From: a virus
Direction: 5' to 3' (one strand)
IMG/VR virus record: IMGVR_UViG_3300045250_000071
DNA length: 64,000 nucleotides
How positions within the stretch are numbered: the stretch's first letter is position 1; each line of letters begins with the position of its first letter. Shown piece after piece: positions 19,344-28,515 of the stretch. The notes below the pieces were generated by a model, which was not told where the DNA came from, made no database searches, and worked only from the letters and a program-made list of their open reading frames with translations. The position numbers and the translations under genes were made by a program.

Positions 19344-19835
19344 TCAGGCAGACTTCTTGCGGGTCTTGGAGTACAGGTCTCGGCCTTCGTCGACGGAGCC
19401 ACCGTTGCGGGGCGGGGTGCGGTCGCCCGAGCCGGGGACGACTTCGCTCGTCGTCTTGATCTCGGTCGAGTTCGCGTTTACCCACTCGGTGATTGCGTCG
19501 ACGTCGGCGCCGTCGGGGCCCTTCATGAACGCGGCTCGGTCGAAGTTGAGCAGCGCGTTCGCTGAGAGGGCTCGGCCAGCGAGTGCCTTGTCGAATGCGG
19601 CATTGACGCGCTCGGTCGCGAGGATGCTGCGCACCTCGGCGCGACCCTCTTCGCGTGCCTGCTCGAGTGCGTCGCCATCGGTTGTCTGCAGCTGGTCGAA
19701 CTGCTCGGCCTTGGCCTTGTAGTCGTCGAATCCCTCGTACCGCTTGTGCGTTCGAGCGACAGCTGCGTTGATGATTTGGTCGAGCGCTTCCTGCGAGGCA
19801 GGAGGAGTGAATTCGCCGCCGTTTTCGTCGGTCAT
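19344..19835 (-). CDS. Capsid scaffolding protein
   Basis: Start MTDENGG at 19835; FTPPASQEALD...YEGFDDYKAKA motif. Confidence 0.8.
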   Translation of the reverse strand: MTDENGGEFTPPASQEALDQIINAAVARTHKRYEGFDDYKAKAEQFDQLQTTDGDALEQAREEGRAEVRSILATERVNAAFDKALAGRALSANALLNFDRAAFMKGPDGADVDAITEWVNANSTEIKTTSEVVPGSGDRTPPRNGGSVDEGRDLYSKTRKKSA

Positions 19836-19931
19836 GAGACTTGTCCTTTCCGTTTTCCGCCCGTCGGCGATACCCCGAAACGCTCGGGTGAACGACCCCG
19901 CCAACCGGCGGGTAGCTTGAGAACCCCGCCG

Positions 19932-20669
19932 CTATGCGGCACGGGCGTAGTTGTCCGGAAACAGCAGTTCCATACGCGCAGCGACGGCAGCGTCGGTCAC
20001 CGGAGCTCCTTCGGCCTCGAGCTCGGCCCGCGCCGTCAGATAGCGGTCGTAGAGTTCGTCCGGGTCATAGCCATCGATATGGCTCGTATCGGCGTCCCAC
20101 TCGGGCACGATCGCGCAGTCACACGAGTCGTGGAACTCGTTGAACGCCTGCTCGCCGGCCGTTTCACGGGTGTGGTAGACCCAGCCGCGAGACGCGAGCA
20201 TGTCGCACCAGGCGCACGTCTCAGCGCCACGAGGGACGCGAGCGAATCGTGGCCGATTCGGGTCACGGTTCACGTTGCGGGCGACAGTGTCGCGCGAGGA
20301 GTAGAGCACGTGGCGCTTCATCGCCGCGGCGATCTGCTCGACCGCGTCGAGTGGCGCGTCTGTCCAGAGCCCGCCGGCCAGCGCGCGGACGCTCCCACGA
20401 ACTGCTTGCTCGTCGGACACATCACCGAGCACCGCGGTGTAGCCGGCGCCCGGTCGGATGCTCGCGTACCACTCGGACGCGGCGACCGCGGCGAGGTCGC
20501 CATACTCGGAGACGAGCTCCGGCACGATCTCGAGCAGCGCGTCACGCACGACCTCGGGGCTGGTGAGGTCGAGACGCGACACGAGCGCGAAGAGATCGCG
20601 GCGAGCCCAGTCGATGATGCGGTCGTGCGCGGAGCCGAGCCCCTCGACGTCGTCGCGATTCGTCATCAC
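19932..20669 (-). CDS. Head morphogenesis protein (MuF-like / annotated capsid maturation protease in actinophages)
   Basis: FARVP...TCAWC.MLASRG...FHDSCDC motif; between portal and scaffold. Confidence 0.75.
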   Translation of the reverse strand: MMTNRDDVEGLGSAHDRIIDWARRDLFALVSRLDLTSPEVVRDALLEIVPELVSEYGDLAAVAASEWYASIRPGAGYTAVLGDVSDEQAVRGSVRALAGGLWTDAPLDAVEQIAAAMKRHVLYSSRDTVARNVNRDPNRPRFARVPRGAETCAWCDMLASRGWVYHTRETAGEQAFNEFHDSCDCAIVPEWDADTSHIDGYDPDELYDRYLTARAELEAEGAPVTDAAVAARMELLFPDNYARAA

Positions 20670-20842
20670 TTCTCCTCGAGGTCACCGGCCTGTGTCTCGG
20701 GCAGTCGCAGCGACACCGGAACGGCGCCGGTGAACTTCACGCCCTCGAGTCCGACGCGGCGAGCGGCGGCCGCGGGGTCGACGCCCGCACGGACGGCGAC
20801 GCCGAGAGCGTCGAACTTCGCCTTCAGCTCGTCAGCGGGGGG
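20666..20842 (-). other. Out-of-frame (+1) C-terminal extension of portal
   Basis: PPADELKAKFDALGVAVRAGVDP...LEEK open in +1 frame, no own start, stop overlaps next ATG (TGATG at 20664-20668). Confidence 0.55.
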
Positions 20843-22256
20843 TAGTGACGGCGAAGGGCTCGGCTCCGGGCTGCTCGGTGCCGATGTTGGCGCGCAGCTG
20901 CTGCAGCACGCCGGAGGCGTTCTTCTTTCGCCGGTCGGCGAGCAGCTGCTTCGTGAGCTGCTCGCTGAACACCATGCGGAGCATGGTTTCGGACTCAGCG
21001 AGCCACGGGAACGCCTGGGTGATCTTGATCGCCCAATCGGCTTCTGCGGCCTTCGTCTGGGTTGCCGGGTCGCGGAAATCGGAGCGAATGCCCCGCAGGT
21101 CCTTGGCCATCGAGGTCGACCACTGGCCGTGGAGTACGGCGGCGACGTCGCGGGCGAGGTTCGCGCGCGAGTCGCGATACCAGTCAAGCTCGTCTCGGAC
21201 GATCTCGACGAGGTCGGCCTCGGCCGCGAGGATCGCTTCTGCCGATGGCGGGTTGTCCTGGACGACCCCGAGGTACGACAGCGGGAGCGACGTCTCCGAC
21301 GCGACCTGCGTCGCAACCGACTTCAGGTGATCGCTGTGAGGTTGCATCGACATTTGCGGGAACTGGCCGAGTTCGGCGCGCCGCATCTTCGTGTCTTGCT
21401 CTTCCTCGATCGGCACGTCCGGCAGTGCGAGGAAGCCGCCGATAATGCTCTCCCACGCGGTGAGCACTTTGCCGGCCTCGTCGGTGAAGTCCTGCTGGCG
21501 CGCGCCGAGGGCGTAGCGCTGCGGGAACGAATAGAACTCCGCCGAGACTTCCTGGCGCAGCAGGACGCGGACGCCGATGTCAGTGAGTCCGATGAGCGGG
21601 CGGGTCACGCGCGAGCGGCCGAACGGGCGATCGAGGGTGCGGCCCCACGAGTAGACAGTGCAGGTCACGCGCTGGTGGCCGCGCGTGATGACTTCGGTCG
21701 CGATGAACTCGTTGCGGCGCCGTTCGACGTGGATGGCTTTGCCGGGGACGTAGAGCCACCAGCCGCCATCGACGCGCTCGAGCGCAGCGCGCGTGGCGCC
21801 GGTGCGAGGGTCAAGGATGGCGGACGCGTCGAGCGCCGACGCTGCGGTGAGCAGCGCCGTCTTCTCGCCGGCGTCGTCAATGCCCTCCGAGGTGAAGATG
21901 AACGCACAGCTGTGTTTGAGCGACGACTGGATCGCGAGCTTCTCGATGGCGGCGGCGCGCGGCGAGGATAGTGCATCCTGCACCTCGGTGAGAAGCGTGG
22001 TCTCGTTGCCGATGGTGCTGAACCCGTCGGGGCGGATACGGCGTGCAGGGGTGTCGACGGCCTTCGCCGGCCAGCCGAGCACGGTCGCGAAGTCGCGCAT
22101 GTTCGGTGGCACGGAGATGCCGAGCTGCGTGACGTTCTGGTGCGCGTCGTAAAGGCGCGTGCGCAGGTGGTTCCGGCGGCGCTTCTCGGCAATGGTGTGG
22201 AGGAGACGTCGGAACGTCTTGAGCTCGTCGCCCGTGAGGGCATTCGCGAGCGCCAT
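20832..22256 (-). CDS. Portal protein
   Basis: LGISVPP, VLGWPAKAVD, RPFGRSR, EFYSFPQR, NPPSAEAI motifs of SPP1 gp6-like actinophage portals. Confidence 0.9.
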   Translation of the reverse strand: MALANALTGDELKTFRRLLHTIAEKRRRNHLRTRLYDAHQNVTQLGISVPPNMRDFATVLGWPAKAVDTPARRIRPDGFSTIGNETTLLTEVQDALSSPRAAAIEKLAIQSSLKHSCAFIFTSEGIDDAGEKTALLTAASALDASAILDPRTGATRAALERVDGGWWLYVPGKAIHVERRRNEFIATEVITRGHQRVTCTVYSWGRTLDRPFGRSRVTRPLIGLTDIGVRVLLRQEVSAEFYSFPQRYALGARQQDFTDEAGKVLTAWESIIGGFLALPDVPIEEEQDTKMRRAELGQFPQMSMQPHSDHLKSVATQVASETSLPLSYLGVVQDNPPSAEAILAAEADLVEIVRDELDWYRDSRANLARDVAAVLHGQWSTSMAKDLRGIRSDFRDPATQTKAAEADWAIKITQAFPWLAESETMLRMVFSEQLTKQLLADRRKKNASGVLQQLRANIGTEQPGAEPFAVTTPR

Positions 22257-22259
22257 CAG

Positions 22260-23777
22260 CTACCTCCTACTGGCGGATCGTCGTGATCTCGACTTGGCGC
22301 CAGGTACGCGGCGCGTTGTTTTGGCAGCCCAGTGGGCGAACGAAATTGCTTCGACGGGGGTTTCGTCACCGTCGGGAGTGGTGGAGTACCAGCCCCAGGA
22401 GCCGTTCTTGCCGCGGAACATGCGGTCGGTAATGGCGATGGATCGTTCGAGTTCGTCATCGTCGTCGGCGACGGGGTGCGTCGCCGTTTCCGAGGTGATC
22501 GCTTCGACGAGCAGTGGGCCCGAGGCGAAGTATTCGATCGAGTTCATCTCGTGGATGAACAGCTCGGGCACGCCTTCTTCGATGAGTGCTTGCTTGAGGG
22601 CAGCTGCGCCGGCTTTGCCGCAAATTGCGATCATCGCGGTGTTCTTCCACCGTTCGGCGAGCCAGCGCGCGAGCGGCCGCACGCCCTCGTCCATCGGCCC
22701 GGAGTACGTGCCGATGAGCTCGAGGTGGATACCGGCCGCGTGCTTGAGCGAGCCGGCGACCGATTGGCGCATGCCGTCGCGTGAGAACGCGACGCCGAAC
22801 GAGCGAACGCCCTCGGCGGCGACGTGGTCGACGGCCGTTGCCTGCCACCGCTCTTTGCTGATGTGGCGGGTGCCGGTGCCTTCTTCGTCCCAGATGCCGA
22901 GACCGTCTCTGCGGAACGCGGCCGGGTCGTTGAGTTGATCGCGCATGCGCAGAATCGACTCTTCTGGCGTGCGACCGGGGTACGAGGGGTTGGCCTTGCG
23001 CCACTGCGCACGATCGTCGAGGTCGGCGTTCGAGTCGGCGCCGATCTCGACGTAGAGGCCGTTGTAGACCGTCGAGGGGTCGTCGGCGCGTTCACGGGCA
23101 ATAGAGAGCGCTCGCTTGCGCCGTGCCTTGAACACCTCCGCTGGGTCTTCGGGCTGCGGCGGCGTGCCCATGTAGATGATGAGCGGGTTCTTGACCGTGT
23201 TCGCGGCCGGCACCATGTCGTTCACGGCGCGCTGTGAGAGAATCTGTGCCTCGTCGAACACGACGATCGCCACACCTGGGATACCGCGACCGAACCCATG
23301 CTCGCGGGCACCAAACAGGATGCGGCTGCCGTTGCGGAACTTGATCATCTGCTGGCCGTTGCCGAGGCGAACCTGCTCGATGTACGGCGCGATCTGCGGT
23401 CGGCGAGCCATGGACGCGAGCGAGTCGAACGTCTCATCGGTGGTCTTCGAGTGGTGCGCCGTCCACAGCACTTTCGTGCCGGCCGTGAGGATGCACAGCG
23501 CGAAAATAATCGTGCCGAACGTGAACGTCTTGCCGAGCTGGCGAGGCGTCGAGACGGTGATGCCGGTCACGCCGGCGGCGTAGAGGCCCGTCTTGCGCTT
23601 CGCGAGCGTCGCTTGGCCGAGGCTGGCCTGCCAGTCGTCGTGGACGACGCCCATGCGCTTGCACTGTGCTGCGACCGCCGGGTAGCCGGTCGAGGTGATG
23701 CCGGATGGCAGCACGAGGTGCTTCGCAACCTCAGAGAGACGACGCTTCGAGGGCTTCGTCTTCGACGTCGTCGGCAT
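22260..23777 (-). CDS. terL: Terminase large subunit
   Basis: Walker A PRQLGKT, Walker B VVFDEAQ, GTPP, W.KANPSYP. Confidence 0.92.
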   Translation of the reverse strand: MPTTSKTKPSKRRLSEVAKHLVLPSGITSTGYPAVAAQCKRMGVVHDDWQASLGQATLAKRKTGLYAAGVTGITVSTPRQLGKTFTFGTIIFALCILTAGTKVLWTAHHSKTTDETFDSLASMARRPQIAPYIEQVRLGNGQQMIKFRNGSRILFGAREHGFGRGIPGVAIVVFDEAQILSQRAVNDMVPAANTVKNPLIIYMGTPPQPEDPAEVFKARRKRALSIARERADDPSTVYNGLYVEIGADSNADLDDRAQWRKANPSYPGRTPEESILRMRDQLNDPAAFRRDGLGIWDEEGTGTRHISKERWQATAVDHVAAEGVRSFGVAFSRDGMRQSVAGSLKHAAGIHLELIGTYSGPMDEGVRPLARWLAERWKNTAMIAICGKAGAAALKQALIEEGVPELFIHEMNSIEYFASGPLLVEAITSETATHPVADDDDELERSIAITDRMFRGKNGSWGWYSTTPDGDETPVEAISFAHWAAKTTRRVPGAKSRSRRSASRR

Positions 23778-24141
23778 CGGCGAGCTCCTCCTTCAGACGC
23801 AGGCGCTCCGCCGAGATGCTCTTGCGGAGTTCCTCGAGGCGCTTCGAGAGCGCAGCGAGATCACGGCTCGAGCAGTTCGGGTCGGCGATCTGTGTCGCGA
23901 TGCGGTCGCGCAGCGCCATGAGCAGCTCGAGCTCGGTGCCCTCTTTCGCTGCGACGTCGACCGTCAGCTGACGAGGGTCGAGTGGGTTGCGGCGCTCGTT
24001 AGGTTCGACGGCCCGCAGGTGCCGGGGGCTCGCCCGCTTGACGCGCTTCTGCGACGCGTTCTTGCGGCACCGGTCGGAGCAGTACTTGCGACGTCGGTCG
24101 TTCTTCGGGAGGGGATCACCGCAGTCTGGGCAGCGGCGCAT
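23731..24141 (-). CDS. Putative terminase small subunit with N-terminal Zn finger
   Basis: CPDC...YCSDRC then LMALRDRIA...RDLAALSKRL helical domain; overlaps terL start. Confidence 0.65.
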   Translation of the reverse strand: MRRCPDCGDPLPKNDRRRKYCSDRCRKNASQKRVKRASPRHLRAVEPNERRNPLDPRQLTVDVAAKEGTELELLMALRDRIATQIADPNCSSRDLAALSKRLEELRKSISAERLRLKEELADADDVEDEALEASSL

Positions 24142-24145
24142 GGGA

Positions 24146-24673
24146 TCACCTCCGGAAGATTTCTCCCGTCATGGCGATGAATCGGGAATGGGTGTAGAAC
24201 TCGACGCCGGCCTTGACCTGCGCCGGCTGCTCGGGAGCTGAGACGAACACGTGGAGCCCCTCCCCCGATTGCGAGACCTCGGTGAACAGCGGATCGTGAA
24301 TCGCGTCGATGCGGTCGGCGATGGCGGGGTCGAGCACGCCGTCGATGAGGCAGTGGTCGAAGTCCCAGCAGCCGATTCCGTCGCCGAGGGCGAAGCCGAG
24401 GCCGGCGCCGATCTTCGAGCGGGCGGCGGCAGTGTAGCTCGTCCAGGTCGCGGGGTCGGTGGAGGAGGCGCAGCCGGCGCCGTCAGCGCGCAGCGGCACC
24501 TTCCGGCCGTCGCGTAGCTCCCAGCGGAGCCAGCGGTCGGCGCCGATGAGGTCGGCTGGGAAAACGCGACGTCGGGAAAGACGTTTGCGGCAACGTGGCG
24601 AGCAGCTGCGCGCGCCGGCGCGTTTAAGGTTCATCGGAACCCCGCAAGCCTCGCATCGTTGTGCTTTCCACAT
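24146..24673 (-). CDS. Zn-finger plus stand-alone primase-polymerase (AEP, NrS-1-like N-terminal) domain protein
   Basis: CEAC...CSPRC; W.RW...KVP, STDPATW, GLGFALG, DFD, EVSQSGEGLHVF, VEFY...RFIAMTG. Confidence 0.7.
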   Translation of the reverse strand: MWKAQRCEACGVPMNLKRAGARSCSPRCRKRLSRRRVFPADLIGADRWLRWELRDGRKVPLRADGAGCASSTDPATWTSYTAAARSKIGAGLGFALGDGIGCWDFDHCLIDGVLDPAIADRIDAIHDPLFTEVSQSGEGLHVFVSAPEQPAQVKAGVEFYTHSRFIAMTGEIFRR

Positions 24674-24679
24674 GCCTCA

Positions 24680-24690
24680 ATTCTAGCGCA
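24680..24690 (-). promoter_or_regulatory. Candidate -10 element for leaderless transcript
   Basis: TAGAAT 6 nt upstream of ATG at 24673, no SD. Confidence 0.4.
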
Positions 24691-24859
24691 TGTCACACTT
24701 AACCCGCCTATTTACTGGAAAGGCGAGGAATGCGGAAAACGCGACAACGATAGAGCCGCCCGAATCGGCAGACCCTCTACAGGCGAGGCGAGACCGCCGC
24801 TCGAGGCACTGACGGGCGCCCAGTGGCGAATACGAGACCCCCGGAAGTCTGTGGAGAAA

Positions 24860-24940
24860 AACGCGGGGAGAGAAAGGCCCTATGCCTCCGGGGGGGCCCC
24901 GCCGAGGGGCGGGGAGGGGGTACCCCCTGGGGGTATTCCA
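24860..24940 (-). other. Candidate cos / packaging site region
   Basis: Non-coding G/C-run-rich segment (CCCCCAGGGGGTACCCCCTCCCC...CCCCCCGGAGGCATAGGGCCTTTCTCTCCCC) between HNH and packaging genes. Confidence 0.5.
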
Positions 24941-24991
24941 CGGCATCGCCCGGCCTGGACGGTGTCCAGAATGCCGCCCGGGTGGGAATCG

Positions 24992-25384
24992 TCACCAGCT
25001 GACGAGGTTCGTCACACCACCCGCTGGCGGCGCCGCCGCTGCGGCCGAGAACCCGGCGAACACCGCGCGTGCCTCGGCCAGGGTCCGCGTACCCTTCCAT
25101 CCGTTGCACTGGCGATGCATCAAGCGAGTGTTGCTGCGCTCGATCGCTGAACCACCACGAGCACGCGGAACGTCTTCGTCAACCTCTGCACGCAACGGAT
25201 GTGGAACGCAACCGCGACACTCGACGTTCGTGCAGCGTGGACCATGCTGGCCAGCGAGGAATGTAAGGGTCTTGTCGACAGCCTGGTCGCACAACGCGCA
25301 GTGTGTCTCCTCCGCGAGGACACGCGCCCGTACCTGACGGCGCCGGTGCCCGTTCGCATTGGCTGGCCCAGTGTGTGCACTCAT
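24992..25384 (-). CDS. HNH endonuclease (packaging-associated)
   Basis: Start MSAHTG; CALC...EVDEDVPRARGGS...N..LMHRQCN..KG. Confidence 0.8.
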   Translation of the reverse strand: MSAHTGPANANGHRRRQVRARVLAEETHCALCDQAVDKTLTFLAGQHGPRCTNVECRGCVPHPLRAEVDEDVPRARGGSAIERSNTRLMHRQCNGWKGTRTLAEARAVFAGFSAAAAAPPAGGVTNLVSW

Positions 25385-25562
25385 GCTCTGGCCTATCCGG
25401 GGACGATGTGGGGCCCGGTATGCGTCCGCCGGGCACGGCGCGTATGTGCGCGGGGATGACGCCCCGGGCTTGTCAGCGGCGCAGATATGCCGCCGGGTGT
25501 GTGGTCTCGGCGCGTGCACACCACACGCTCCCGGGTAACGACTCCCTGCCAAGTCTGGAAAC

Positions 25563-25601
25563 GACACTGTCCCGGCACCAGAGCGGGGCCGGGGCAGTGT
25601 C
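25563..25601 (-). terminator. Terminator-like hairpin downstream of candidate late promoter
   Basis: GACACTGCCCCGGC...GCCGGGACAGTGTC followed by GTTT; TGCTATATT extended -10 at about 25640-25648. Confidence 0.45.
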
Positions 25602-25651
25602 TCAACGTGTTTTGGACACACGTGTACTGATCGAGGTCGAATATAGCACGG

Positions 25652-26278
25652 TTACTTCGAGCCGTCGACAACGTGCACCCGGAGTGTCGCAGCGACCGCA
25701 GCCGCGCCAGTCGCGAGCACCCCGCACCGCTGGCACTCGAGCGACGTCGTCGCGGCCGGTGAGTCCTCGGCATACGAGATCGTCAGCATCGATCGCCGCT
25801 CATCCTCGACGTACACCTCGGTGTACCCGCACATCGGGCACGGGTCGGAGACCTCGCGAACCTTGCGCGGCTCGACCACCGCGCGAATGGCAGTCTCCCA
25901 CCGGCCCAACTGCTCCATCCACACCGCGACCTCGCCACCGTTCGGGAACGAAGCCTCGAACACGCCGTGCCACTGGATCAGCTGCTGCGCCAGCGGAACG
26001 TACTTGAACGTGGTCACGCCCAGCCGCACCATGTCGCCTAGCAGGTCGCCCCGGATCGCCTCCTTGAGCCGGTGCACCGCCACATCGAACGGCACCGGCG
26101 ACGCCCAAGCACGACTCCCCCGATGCGTCGGCGTCGCTGCCGACGTGTCCTCGAGGTCATCGAGCAGCGGCCGACGAAGCAGCGACACCGAGTGCGGCAT
26201 CCCGGTGACTCGATCGGTGACCTTGTGCGTTTCACGGTGCGGGCGCGCGAGCGTGGTGACCAGCGAGGCGAGCGACAT
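25652..26278 (-). CDS. Hypothetical protein with C-terminal Zn ribbon (possible late transcription regulator)
   Basis: CPMCG...CQRCG; last early gene before HNH; start MSLASL with AAAGG SD (alternative start 26380). Confidence 0.6.
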   Translation of the reverse strand: MSLASLVTTLARPHRETHKVTDRVTGMPHSVSLLRRPLLDDLEDTSAATPTHRGSRAWASPVPFDVAVHRLKEAIRGDLLGDMVRLGVTTFKYVPLAQQLIQWHGVFEASFPNGGEVAVWMEQLGRWETAIRAVVEPRKVREVSDPCPMCGYTEVYVEDERRSMLTISYAEDSPAATTSLECQRCGVLATGAAAVAATLRVHVVDGSK

Positions 26279-26376
26279 TGTGAGGCCTTTCAAGACTTCC
26301 GCGAGCGCGGTGGTGGTGTGTGGGTGGGTGTCGTGGTGGGTGGCTGCTGGTGCGGTGAGTGTGGTCGCCTGGGTGG

Positions 26377-26748
26377 TCATCGTGGTTCTCGCTCGATGAG
26401 GTGGCTGTTTGAGCCGGCGAGCCACGGTGGGGTGTTGGCGGGGAATGGTGGGAGCGGGTCGCCTTCGAGGCGGGCCCGCATTCGTTCGCAGAGCACGGCC
26501 ATGACGTCGGCTGCGGCGTCGTGTGCCTGTGCCCATTCCTCGAGCTGCTCGGGGGTGGGGTTCTTGTACGTGGTGACGGCTTCGCCATTGCGCAGCTGCT
26601 CGGCGCGCTGCTTGTGCTCGCCTCGACCCGCCCAGGCTGCACGCACCATGTACGCGGCTTCCTCTGACGAGATCACGAACGAGCGGCCTTCCCACGCGCC
26701 GGGCTGTGCGAGTTCGCCGGCATCGTCGAACTCGAACATCGCGGTCAT
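26377..26748 (-). CDS. Hypothetical protein
   Basis: ATGA-coupled early gene, phage-like codon usage. Confidence 0.6.
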   Translation of the reverse strand: MTAMFEFDDAGELAQPGAWEGRSFVISSEEAAYMVRAAWAGRGEHKQRAEQLRNGEAVTTYKNPTPEQLEEWAQAHDAAADVMAVLCERMRARLEGDPLPPFPANTPPWLAGSNSHLIEREPR

Positions 26749-26987
26749 GCTTCCTCCTCGTCGTCGGTGAGTTCGATGAAGCCGCGCAGGAGTTCGACGA
26801 TGCCGATCTGTGCGTGGCGTGGTGACTTTGAGAACACGGTGAGGTAGTCGCCCTCGTCACCGTCTTCGGTGCCGAGGGTGGACGCGATGAACGCGAAGTC
26901 GCCGAGCAAATGCTTGCGGTCGTCGAGGAGGACTTCGCCGACGGCGGTGGCGATCGCGTCACGGAGCCGGTCGATGATGTCGCTCAT
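26745..26987 (-). CDS. Hypothetical protein
   Basis: Start MSDIIDRL, ATGA-coupled on both sides. Confidence 0.6.
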   Translation of the reverse strand: MSDIIDRLRDAIATAVGEVLLDDRKHLLGDFAFIASTLGTEDGDEGDYLTVFSKSPRHAQIGIVELLRGFIELTDDEEEA

Positions 26988-27217
26988 CGTGCCGTTCCGA
27001 TCTGCCGAGCGAGCTCCGACGCGAGGCGGTTGAACGCGTTCTCCATCGTTTCGAAGGCGACGCCCGTGGTACTCGCTGCGATCGCGATCTGGCGGTAGTA
27101 CTCCGCCGACTGCACCAGCGCGCGCCGCTGACGTGCACGCCGCGCGCGACGGCCAGCTGCACGGTCCTTCATGCGCGGGAAGAACGCGCGGGTGCGGGGC
27201 TTCTGGCCGCTGCTCAT
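26984..27217 (-). CDS. Hypothetical protein
   Basis: Start MSSGQKPR, ATGA-coupled. Confidence 0.55.
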   Translation of the reverse strand: MSSGQKPRTRAFFPRMKDRAAGRRARRARQRRALVQSAEYYRQIAIAASTTGVAFETMENAFNRLASELARQIGTAR

Positions 27218-27477
27218 CGTCCCTCCTCCAGGATGCGGCGTACCTCGAGCACGTCGGACTTCCAGCCACACGTCACCGGGTCATCGTCGTCATGCACGTC
27301 GCACACCGGGGCATCATCGAGCGCCATGCGGATACGGGCGAGCGTGACGTTCGCTGCGGCCTGCGCGAAGATCAGGTTCAGCCGTTCACGACGGAGCATG
27401 CGCACCGACACCAGCCACAAGATGATCGAGACCGCATTCAGCGCAGCCGCCGCGTAGTACCAGCCTTGCGCGTTCAT
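27214..27477 (-). CDS. Hypothetical membrane protein
   Basis: N-terminal TM; ATGA-coupled. Confidence 0.55.
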   Translation of the reverse strand: MNAQGWYYAAAALNAVSIILWLVSVRMLRRERLNLIFAQAAANVTLARIRMALDDAPVCDVHDDDDPVTCGWKSDVLEVRRILEEGR

Positions 27478-28202
27478 GCGTTCTCACCACCGTCGATGAT
27501 GTCGAGGAGACGCTTCGCCGATACGAAGCCCACCGGCGACCCGTCCGGCATGGTCTTGCCGGCGAGGTCGCGAATCTGGGCCAGCTTGCCCTCAGCCCGT
27601 AGCGCACGCGCCCGCTGCTGCTCTTCCGCATCGTCGTCTCCCTCCGGCCAAATGCGACGAGCCGACTTGAGGGCTTCGGAGCCGAGCGGGATAGTGACCC
27701 TGCTGGCCGGGTGCTCTTTAGCCCAGAGGAACGCCACGCCCGGCCCGTACGGCACCACGACTGCGCAGTGCTCGCAGTCGCCCTTGAGGTCGATCAACCA
27801 CACTTCGCCCAACTTCGCGTCTTGCCACGGCATCCGCTCCGGGTGCGCGTCAAAGTAGCGGTTCGCCGCCGCTGTCACCTCGGGGTGCTCGTCGTTGGTG
27901 CCGTTGATTCGCCCGTCGTTCTCCCAGCGGTAATACGCGACGCCGGTCGCTTCGTTGAGCACGGTGACGTAGCGCCCCGCGCCCTCGGGCTCCTTGGGAT
28001 ACACGACGAGGTGGGTGAGCACCGTGTCACGCCAGCGGCCGAGCGCCTCGTCGCGGGCGGCCTCGGAGTATTCGCCCAGCGCACCGAAGATGTCGATGTC
28101 AATCGACTCATCGACCCAAGCTGTTCGGTGGCCGATGTTCAGATAACGGCCATCACCCTTGGAGACGACGAAACCGTTCGAGGCATCGAAAACGTCATTC
28201 AT
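27474..28202 (-). CDS. Hypothetical protein
   Basis: 242-aa ORF coupled to neighbours. Confidence 0.65.
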   Translation of the reverse strand: MNDVFDASNGFVVSKGDGRYLNIGHRTAWVDESIDIDIFGALGEYSEAARDEALGRWRDTVLTHLVVYPKEPEGAGRYVTVLNEATGVAYYRWENDGRINGTNDEHPEVTAAANRYFDAHPERMPWQDAKLGEVWLIDLKGDCEHCAVVVPYGPGVAFLWAKEHPASRVTIPLGSEALKSARRIWPEGDDDAEEQQRARALRAEGKLAQIRDLAGKTMPDGSPVGFVSAKRLLDIIDGGENA

Positions 28203-28515
28203 CGCCTGTCACCGCCTCGTACCTCGCCGCGAAACTGGCCGGCGAGCGGCGTGTCACTATGCCGCTGGGATCGATGATGATCCAGTCGTTAGGGGCCGCT
28301 CGGAACTCAAGCGTGAGTGGTTCGCGTCCGTAGATCTCGATCGACAGCTCCGGGTGCTCGCGGTGATCGGTCTCGTTCGTCTCCAGGTAGCTGACCGTCA
28401 AACCGCGCCGCCCGTATACCCACTCGATGACATCGATCGCAGCCGAAGCACTGCCATCCCACTGCATCGCCTCGACAACGACCGGCCGGGTCCAGTACTT
28501 CATCGCGTTACTCAT
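28195..28515 (-). CDS. Hypothetical phage protein
   Basis: KY..RPVVVEAMQWDG...DWII...F..RYE motif common in phage early genes. Confidence 0.7.
   Translation of the reverse strand: MSNAMKYWTRPVVVEAMQWDGSASAAIDVIEWVYGRRGLTVSYLETNETDHREHPELSIEIYGREPLTLEFRAAPNDWIIIDPSGIVTRRSPASFAARYEAVTGDE

Noticed and set aside
17900..19402. 500-aa capsid and other N-terminally extended ORF-track calls (742..1347, 2211..2885, 9168..10364, 37191..38216, 39422..40081)
   Set aside because: Extensions overlap real upstream genes in another frame; internal starts with SD or stop-start coupling fit better
19746..21971. Long plus-strand ORFs (e.g. 741 aa here, 545 aa at 12696..14333, 459 aa at 6839..8218, 448 aa at 30677..32023)
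   Set aside because: Antisense shadows of real high-GC genes, with Arg/Gly/Val-rich composition and no motifs
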